Below, piece by piece: positions 57,592 through 64,000 of a DNA stretch of 64,000 nt; the first letter of the stretch is position 1, and each line of letters opens with the position of its first letter. The notes below the pieces were generated by a model. That model did no database searches and had not been told where the DNA came from. It saw nothing but the letters and a program-made list of their open reading frames with translations. The translations under genes and the position numbers were made by a program. Location: positions 28,107 to 92,106 of the forward strand of contig CALLFZ010000004.1 of NCBI GenBank assembly GCA_938010045.1, in the 5' to 3' direction. This stretch comes from an uncultured bacterium. GTDB taxonomy: Bacteria; Verrucomicrobiota; Kiritimatiellia; PWTM01.

Positions 57592-57884
57592 CTGGCTCCA
57601 CATGGGGACGGGTACTAGATAAGGCACCAGACAAGAAATCATAGTAGATGGCAACGCGATTCTTGCGCCACCTGCACACATGTCGATCCCCAATCGCGGA
57701 CGAGGGCAGCGGACTGGGGACAGCCACCTCGCAACCCGTCCCCAGCAGCCCGACGACGTGCCTGTCCCCAGCAGCCGCCCCAGGTGCCTGTCCCCAACGG
57801 CCTCTCCAACAGCCGGCCCGAGTACCTGTCCCTAGGGGCCCCCTCGGGCGCGCCGGGTGCCTGTCCCCCGGGAGGCACCCGGCG
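57592..57884. repeat. REP-like repeat cluster 3
   Basis: Copies or variants at about 57604, 57684, 57716, 57736, 57758, 57782, 57821 and 57856; ends in a perfect 12-bp hairpin CGCCGGGTGCCT/AGGCACCCGGCG (57851-57884). Confidence 0.88.
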
Positions 57885-58015
57885 AATGGCGCGGGATCCT
57901 TGGGCAAACAATATGTTCCTCCCTTCGCCGGCGCCTCGATGTCCGGTTGATTCCCCGCGGCGATCGGCTCGGCGCCGCTTTGAGTGAGCAGCGCGCCGCG
58001 GTATAGTGGGAGGCC

Positions 58016-58606
58016 ATGAGCGATCGTCGCGCCCACGTCACACGGCACACCCGCGAGACACAGATCGAGGCGATGTTGAACCTCGATGGCGAGGGCCGCG
58101 CGGAGGTGGATCTTCCGCTGCCATTTTTGCAGCACATGCTCGAGCTCTTGGCCCGTCATTCGCTCTTCGACCTCCGTCTGCATGCGCGCGGCGACCTCGA
58201 CGTGGACCACCACCACACCGTGGAGGATATTGGCCTGGTGCTCGGCGAGGCGCTGGATACGGCTCTGGGCGACCGGGTCGGAATTGTCCGCTATGGACAC
58301 AGCCTGCTGCCGATGGACGAGTCGCTCAGCCTCGTCGCGGTGGATTTGGGTGGGCGGCCCTTTCTCGTCTTCGAGATGGCGACACGCCGGCGCAAAATCC
58401 TCGATTTTGACCTGGGCCTGATCGAGGAGATGCTGCGGGCGTTCGCCACGCAGGGACGGATGAATCTGCACGTCGCGCACCTGTACGGGCGAGAGCCGCA
58501 CCACGCGTATGAATCGGTGTTCAAGGGGCTCGCCCGGGCCCTCCGAATGGCCTGCGCGCGGGATCCACGCGAGCGCGGCATACCTTCGAGCAAGGGACGC
58601 ATCTGA
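58016..58606 (+). CDS. hisB: Imidazoleglycerol-phosphate dehydratase
   Basis: TRETQI, FLQHML, DHHHTVED, PMDE, HHAYESVFKG, PSSKG. Confidence 0.96.
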   Translation: MSDRRAHVTRHTRETQIEAMLNLDGEGRAEVDLPLPFLQHMLELLARHSLFDLRLHARGDLDVDHHHTVEDIGLVLGEALDTALGDRVGIVRYGHSLLPMDESLSLVAVDLGGRPFLVFEMATRRRKILDFDLGLIEEMLRAFATQGRMNLHVAHLYGREPHHAYESVFKGLARALRMACARDPRERGIPSSKGRI

Positions 58607-58614
58607 TCCGCTCC

Positions 58615-59250
58615 ATGATCGGCGTGATTGACTATGACATGGGCAACCTGGGCAGCGTGCTGAACGCGTTCCGCGCGCTGGGACTACCGGCACGCATGCT
58701 CGACAGCCCGGCGGAGGCGTCGGACTGCCGCCTACTCGTGCTGCCGGGTGTCGGCGCGTTCGGCGACGGCATCCGCCATCTGCGCCGGCGGGGCTGGGAG
58801 CCGGCGCTACGTGAATGGATCGCGGCGGATCGCCCGTTTCTGGGCATCTGTCTGGGGCTGCAGCTACTCTTTGCCACGAGCGAGGAATCGCCGAGCGAAC
58901 CGGGGCTGTCGGTCCTCGAGGGGGAGGTCCGCCGCTTCCGGGTGCCGCCGCCTCTCAAGGTGCCGCACATGGGCTGGAACCGAGTGCACGCCGAGCCGCC
59001 AGGCGCCGATGTGTTCGAGGGAATTCCCGCGGGGGCGCACATGTACTTCGTGCATTCGTATCATGCGTGCCCGCAGGAGGAATCGGTGGTCGCCGCCCGC
59101 ACGGAGTACGGCGGCCACTTTTGCAGCGCCGTGCGCCGAGGCGCGTTGGTTGCGGTGCAGTTTCATCCGGAAAAGAGCCAGGCGCACGGTCTGCGGTTTC
59201 TGCGCAATGTCGCCGCGATGGCCGGACTTGAACCGGTAGAGGCGCGATGA
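58615..59250 (+). CDS. hisH: Imidazole glycerol phosphate synthase glutaminase subunit
   Basis: DYDMGNLGSV, LPGVGAF, GICLGLQ, KVPHMGWN, YFVHSY, QFHPEKS. Confidence 0.96.
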   Translation: MIGVIDYDMGNLGSVLNAFRALGLPARMLDSPAEASDCRLLVLPGVGAFGDGIRHLRRRGWEPALREWIAADRPFLGICLGLQLLFATSEESPSEPGLSVLEGEVRRFRVPPPLKVPHMGWNRVHAEPPGADVFEGIPAGAHMYFVHSYHACPQEESVVAARTEYGGHFCSAVRRGALVAVQFHPEKSQAHGLRFLRNVAAMAGLEPVEAR

Positions 59251-59981
59251 CTCCGCTCGTGGTGCTGCCCGCGATCGATCTGCGGAACGGGTGCTGTGTC
59301 CGGCTCCGGCAGGGACGAGCGGAGGAACAAACCGCGTATGCTGATGATCCGGTTGCGGTCGCGCGCCGGTGGGTAGAGCTCGGCGCGCGGTGGCTACACG
59401 TCGTGGATCTCGACGGCGCCTTCAAGGGCCGGCCAGTCCATACGGAGCTCATTGGACAGATCGCACACGCCGCCGGCGTACCGGTCGAGGTGGGCGGCGG
59501 ACTCCGGACTGACGCCGACATCGAGGCGACGCTGACGGCCGGCGCGGCGAGGATCATCGTCGGCACGCGCGTACTCGAGACGCCCGGCGAGGCTCGGCGG
59601 CTCGCCGCGTGGCTGGGCGAGCGGCTCGCGGTGGGACTCGATGCGAAGGACGGCCGGGTGCGCGCGCGTGGTTGGACCGCCGACACCTCCTGGTCCTTGA
59701 TCGACGCGGCCCGCCGCCTTGAAGACGATGGCGTCCGATGGCTCATCGTCACGGACATCCGGCGCGACGGTATGCTCGATGGCGTGAATTATGGTGTGAT
59801 GGCCGAGGTGTGCGACGCCGTGCGGATTCGGGTGATCGCATCGGGGGGCGTGGCTTCGGCGGAGGATGTGCGCGCGCTGCGGTCGCTGGAGCGCCCGAAC
59901 CTGTGGGGCGTGATCGCGGGCCGCGCACTCTACGAGGGAACCACCTCCCTCCCCGACCTACTGCAGGCGGCATCGGAGTGA
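59247..59981 (+). CDS. hisA: ProFAR isomerase
   Basis: PAIDL, VRLRQG, LHVVDLDGA, GGGLR, TDIRRDGML, IASGG, GRALYEG. Confidence 0.96.
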   Translation: MTPLVVLPAIDLRNGCCVRLRQGRAEEQTAYADDPVAVARRWVELGARWLHVVDLDGAFKGRPVHTELIGQIAHAAGVPVEVGGGLRTDADIEATLTAGAARIIVGTRVLETPGEARRLAAWLGERLAVGLDAKDGRVRARGWTADTSWSLIDAARRLEDDGVRWLIVTDIRRDGMLDGVNYGVMAEVCDAVRIRVIASGGVASAEDVRALRSLERPNLWGVIAGRALYEGTTSLPDLLQAASE

Positions 59982-60128
59982 GTGACGGCGGCCGCCTCCG
60001 TCCAAGGTTTGGACGCTGATCTGTTCCCGATTCGCCGCACCGGAGACCGCCGCATCCGACGGTGGCCCGGGGCGTGTGATGGATCCGCCTCAACGTCCGC
60101 AACGCCAGCCGAGGCCCGGCCGACGGCG

Positions 60129-61376
60129 TCAAAACACCAGCGAACACCCCATGCGGGGCAGCAGCGAATCGCGAAGCGAGGGCGCTTCGGGCAGATAGCC
60201 ACGGGTTTTCGCCAACAATCCGAGATCAATCCGCACGGTCGTGCGAGCGTCCGGCGGTGTCACACGCACGCGGAATGTCGCTTCGAGCGCGGCGCCCCAA
60301 TCGCCGCGCGCGCGTTCAAAGGATAGCCGCTCGGGTTGCTGCCAAAGGTGTGCCGCGACATCCGCGTTGACGCGGTGGGAAGTGGTCAGGTCAGCCCGGC
60401 GCAGGCCAACGGCGGGGAACCATGTGTCGCGATTCTGCATCGCACGGCCGTAGGCATGGACGCCCCAGCGGCCCGGGCGCGCAGCCCATCCGTTGATCTC
60501 GATCGCATCGCCAAACGGGGTCAGACCATGCGCGAGCGATGCGGCCAGCCTGAGATCGCCTCCATCGGCGGTCCAGCCCCCGCGGCCCCAAAGCAGCGGC
60601 GAAGCGAGATTCATCAACGACCGCCAGCCCACTCGCCGGACGAACCGCCGCTCTTCCGCCGTGAGGTCCGACCAATCCGTGTAGCGCTGGAAGGGCATCG
60701 TAGGACGATGCAGGTGGCGCGCCGCGCCGTAGACATCATGGCCGACGATGTCGCGGTCAAGCTCGTTGTCCTCCTCGTCGAGCTCCGGTCCCCATCGAGC
60801 CAGGCCATTGGCGAGGTAGGCGATGAGCGAGAGGCGGCGCAGCGCGTGATCGGTCCAGAGGAGTGCCCCGCGCTCCTCGCCCCACGCAGCGAGGGTCTCG
60901 GCGGCCAGGCAGATGCGAGCATCCGATTCGAGGCCGGCCGTGTGCAGCCGGATGAACGTCGGCAGGTCGCGGTCGCGCAGTTCACGCAACGTGTCGTCGC
61001 GCACACCGATCACACGGGCGGTGCCGTCGCTGCCGACCCACGGCTGCGAGACCGATCCGATGCCCTCCGAGTTGAGCACAGAGCGGTGGGCTTCCTCGTG
61101 CGTGAGGGGCAGAAACAACAGTGCATCCACCGCCAAATGGAGCAACCGGATGGGAATTTCGTCGTAGGCGTCGCCCAGTTCCCGCAACGCCAGGCGGTGC
61201 AGCGACAGGAAATTTTCATTGACTTGCCTCATCGTCAGTGGGAGTTCGGTGCCGTCGGCCAGGAGGAAGGAGTAGGAACGGGGTGAGTCGGCGGCCGACA
61301 CACGAAGGGCCGCAGCTAGAACCACCAGCGCGGCAAGGATCGGCTCAGCGCGTCGGCACGATACGAAGCGTTTCAT
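60129..61376 (-). CDS. Hypothetical exported protein with HExxH motif and beta-strand-rich C-terminus
   Basis: Signal-like N-terminus; THEEAH; terminal Phe; overlaps the GH95 stop by 32 bp. Confidence 0.7.
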   Translation of the reverse strand: MKRFVSCRRAEPILAALVVLAAALRVSAADSPRSYSFLLADGTELPLTMRQVNENFLSLHRLALRELGDAYDEIPIRLLHLAVDALLFLPLTHEEAHRSVLNSEGIGSVSQPWVGSDGTARVIGVRDDTLRELRDRDLPTFIRLHTAGLESDARICLAAETLAAWGEERGALLWTDHALRRLSLIAYLANGLARWGPELDEEDNELDRDIVGHDVYGAARHLHRPTMPFQRYTDWSDLTAEERRFVRRVGWRSLMNLASPLLWGRGGWTADGGDLRLAASLAHGLTPFGDAIEINGWAARPGRWGVHAYGRAMQNRDTWFPAVGLRRADLTTSHRVNADVAAHLWQQPERLSFERARGDWGAALEATFRVRVTPPDARTTVRIDLGLLAKTRGYLPEAPSLRDSLLPRMGCSLVF

Positions 61377-64000
61377 CGAGCACCACCTCCTTCCCCGCCT
61401 CGGCCGGTACGAGGAGAATCTGGTCGCGATACCGCACCCACGTGGCGCAGCCGGGCGGCCGCCTCAGTGTGGCGCGGCGGAGTCGGCCGTCCTCCCAGGC
61501 GAGATCCGCCTCGACCCTGCCGCGTGCGCGCATGCCGCACACCGAGCCGCGCGGCCATTCGGACGGCAGCGCGGGCAAAAGATGCACGATACAACCGTCA
61601 TCGGCCGAGCCGGGCGGTACGAGGCCGGCGCGGGAGGCGCGAACGTGGCTCTGGAGCAGCATCTCAGCAATGCCGGCGGTATAGCCAAAATTGCCGTCGA
61701 TCTGAAACGGCGGATGCGCGTCGAACAGATTCGGGTAAAGGCCGCCTTTCTGGCCGGTGACCGGTTCCACGAGGTTGCGGATGATGATCATGGCGTGGTC
61801 GCCGTCCTGGAAGCGCGCCCAAAGATTGATCTTCCAACCCATGGACCAACCGGTGGCCTCATCGCCACGGAAGATCAGCGACTGGCGCGCGGCGGCCCAG
61901 AGGTTGGACTCGACCCAGGTGATGTCATCCCCCGGGTAGACGCCCCACAGATGAGAGAGGTGGCGATGGCGGTTGCGGGGATCGTCCTTGTCCTCGAGCC
62001 ACTCCTGGAGCTGGCCGTGGCGGCCGATGAGGTTCGGCGCGATGCGCGGGAGGCGCGCGCGCACTTCCGAGACCAGCGCGGGGTCGATCCCACCGAGCAT
62101 CGCATCGGCCTCGATCACGGCCGCGAAGAGGCGCCGGATGATCTGGTGATCCATCGTGGGCCCCATCACGAGGCCGCCCTGCTCGGGAGAGTTGGACGGG
62201 CCGCTGATGAGCCAGCCGGTGAGCGGATCCTCGAACAGAAAGTCCACAAAGAAGAGGGCAGCTTCGCGCAGGACGGGCCATGCCCGCTGGCGGAGAAACG
62301 CGAGATCTCCGGTGTGCAGCACGTGCTCCCACATGTGCAGCGCAAGCCAGGCGCCGCCGGTCGGCCAGATGCCGTGGTTCGAGTGATTGATCGGGGCGGT
62401 GCCGCGCCAAAGGTCGAAGTTGTGATGCAACACCCAGCCGCGCGCGCCGTAGTGTTCGCGCGCGGTGACGCGTCCCGACTCGACCAACTCCGCAAGCGCG
62501 GCAAAGAGCGGCTCCTGGCACTCGGCGAGGTTCGCGGGCAGCGCAGGCCAGTAGTTCATCTCGGTATTGATGTTGCAGGTGTACTTGCTGTCCCACGGTG
62601 GGTTCAGCCGGTCATTCCAGATGCCTTGCAAGTTGGCCGGCTGCCCACCGGGACGGCTGGAGGCGATCAACAGGTAGCGCCCGTATTGGAACAGGAGCGC
62701 CAGCAGATGGGGATCGAACCGAGCGCGAAAGGCAGCGAGCCGCTCGTCGGTGGGGCGGTCGGGAGAGGGTGACGGCCCGAGGTCGAAGCTCACGCGGCGA
62801 AAGAGGGCGCGGTGGTCGGCCTGGTGTGCCGCAAGCAGGTCGCTCCAGGATCGGGCGGCAGCCGCGGCGAGGAGCTCCGATGCCCGCGCGGCAGGATCAG
62901 CGGAGATGTCGCGCCAGGTGCGGACGTTCGTCGCGGCGACAAGTCGGATCACCACCTCGTCGGCGTTTCGTACTTCAATGGCGTCGCCGCGCGCACTCAC
63001 CAATCCGCCCACCGTCTCCACCTGCGCGCGCGCTTCAAACCGGACGCCCCCGTCTTCCACCTGACCGCGCAGGACCAATCCCTCAGAGCCGAGGAACGCG
63101 ACGCTCGCGTCTCGATGCGGCGAGGAGAGGCGCAGACGGCACGTCACCCGGCCCGGGCGATCGGCCCGCAAGCGGACCACGATCGCCCGATCCGGATGCG
63201 AGGCGAACGCTTCGCGAACGAAGGTGGCGCCGTCGGCGGTGAATTCGGTGACACAGAGAGCCCCATCGAGATCCAGCCAGCGGCGGTAGTTCTCCACCAC
63301 CGCGGGCACCGGCTGTTCGATCCAGAGGTCGCCGCAGGGCTGGTACGCCTTCTGGCGAAGCGGGTCGCTCATGAACTCCCGCATCGCGAGGCCTTCGGCC
63401 TCCGCCTGCTTCGCGCGGGCAGCCTTGAGCAACGCCTCTGCGGCCGTCTTGAGCCGCGGGGCATCCGCGGCCGTAGCCCCAGCCGCCGCGACACGCTCTG
63501 CGTCCACGAGTTGGGCCAGTCCCTCGCGCTCGAGTGATCGACCCTCTTGGAGGAGGCGTCGCAGCTCGGGGAGGACCCGGACAGCGTTGGTCCGAGCATA
63601 GATGTGGGGGCGTCCAGTCCAGATGGTGTGCTCGTTGAACTGGATGCGGTCCACGGCGGGATCGCCGAACACCATGCCGGCGATGTGGCCGCTGCCGATC
63701 GGCAGCGCCTCGGTCCAATCGCGCGCAGGTCGGCGATACCAAAGGCAGAGCGGCGCGTCGGGTGGAGGCGCCTGGCCGCGCCATTCGCCGGCGAATGGCT
63801 TGGGCGGCGGCTCCGCCATGAGCCGAAGCGTGAGGGTACCGGCGACGGGGGCAATGGTCGGAGTTGGCTCGGACGGAAAGACCCAGTCGCCCAGCGCGCC
63901 CGGCGGCGTGGCGGTGGCGGGCGAAGCCGCGCGAGCGACGATTTCGTCTGGCGAAAGCGCTCGGTTGTACACCGCGGCGCGCAGGATCGCGCCGCGAAAG
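61345..64000 (-). CDS. GH95 alpha-L-fucosidase with an N-terminal LamG-like domain, 5'-truncated by the window edge
   Basis: [59 protein letters not shown]; ...YNRALS at the window edge. Confidence 0.93.
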   Translation of the reverse strand, partial: FRGAILRAAVYNRALSPDEIVARAASPATATPPGALGDWVFPSEPTPTIAPVAGTLTLRLMAEPPPKPFAGEWRGQAPPPDAPLCLWYRRPARDWTEALPIGSGHIAGMVFGDPAVDRIQFNEHTIWTGRPHIYARTNAVRVLPELRRLLQEGRSLEREGLAQLVDAERVAAAGATAADAPRLKTAAEALLKAARAKQAEAEGLAMREFMSDPLRQKAYQPCGDLWIEQPVPAVVENYRRWLDLDGALCVTEFTADGATFVREAFASHPDRAIVVRLRADRPGRVTCRLRLSSPHRDASVAFLGSEGLVLRGQVEDGGVRFEARAQVETVGGLVSARGDAIEVRNADEVVIRLVAATNVRTWRDISADPAARASELLAAAAARSWSDLLAAHQADHRALFRRVSFDLGPSPSPDRPTDERLAAFRARFDPHLLALLFQYGRYLLIASSRPGGQPANLQGIWNDRLNPPWDSKYTCNINTEMNYWPALPANLAECQEPLFAALAELVESGRVTAREHYGARGWVLHHNFDLWRGTAPINHSNHGIWPTGGAWLALHMWEHVLHTGDLAFLRQRAWPVLREAALFFVDFLFEDPLTGWLISGPSNSPEQGGLVMGPTMDHQIIRRLFAAVIEADAMLGGIDPALVSEVRARLPRIAPNLIGRHGQLQEWLEDKDDPRNRHRHLSHLWGVYPGDDITWVESNLWAAARQSLIFRGDEATGWSMGWKINLWARFQDGDHAMIIIRNLVEPVTGQKGGLYPNLFDAHPPFQIDGNFGYTAGIAEMLLQSHVRASRAGLVPPGSADDGCIVHLLPALPSEWPRGSVCGMRARGRVEADLAWEDGRLRRATLRRPPGCATWVRYRDQILLVPAEAGKEVVLDETLRIVPTR

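Noticed and set aside
36499-57884. CRISPR-array interpretation of the GGGGACAGGCAC clusters
   Set aside because: The core is only 12-14 bp and occurs in both orientations. Spacing is irregular, inter-repeat segments are reused between loci, and there are no cas genes in the window.
58016-59981. Absence of hisF after hisB-hisH-hisA as a novel pathway
   Set aside because: Split his operons are common; hisF is probably elsewhere in the genome.

Overview
High-GC bacterial chromosomal window. The gene content suggests the PVC superphylum, possibly Kiritimatiellota or Verrucomicrobiota (inference from the SHD1-domain protein, Tat-type Gfo/Idh/MocA oxidoreductase, long PstC/PstA, N-extended LepB and sulfatase/glycosidase genes). 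Housekeeping genes are panD, mutS, pstSCAB, pgsA, a rodZ-like gene, ftsK, kdsD, lepB, lepA, rpe, ruvA, valS and hisB-hisH-hisA. Carbohydrate-active genes include a sulfatase-GH43 fusion and a GH95. A three-gene minus-strand unit encodes a membrane-anchored coiled-coil protein, a ~2228-aa secreted M6-like metalloprotease with LamG and Ca-binding repeats, and a lipoprotein. An intact hydF lies next to a deleted aspA-like relic. Other decayed genes are an IS1182-like transposase and a GH2-type sugar-binding domain. The most striking non-coding feature is three intergenic mosaic clusters of a GGGGACAGGCAC(C/A)T repeat (REP/REPIN-like) that also share longer homologous blocks. A second dispersed TCCA-N5-TGGA palindrome family is also present. 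I recognised no rRNA, tRNA, cas genes or true CRISPR array. All calls come from reading motifs by eye; no database searches were run.
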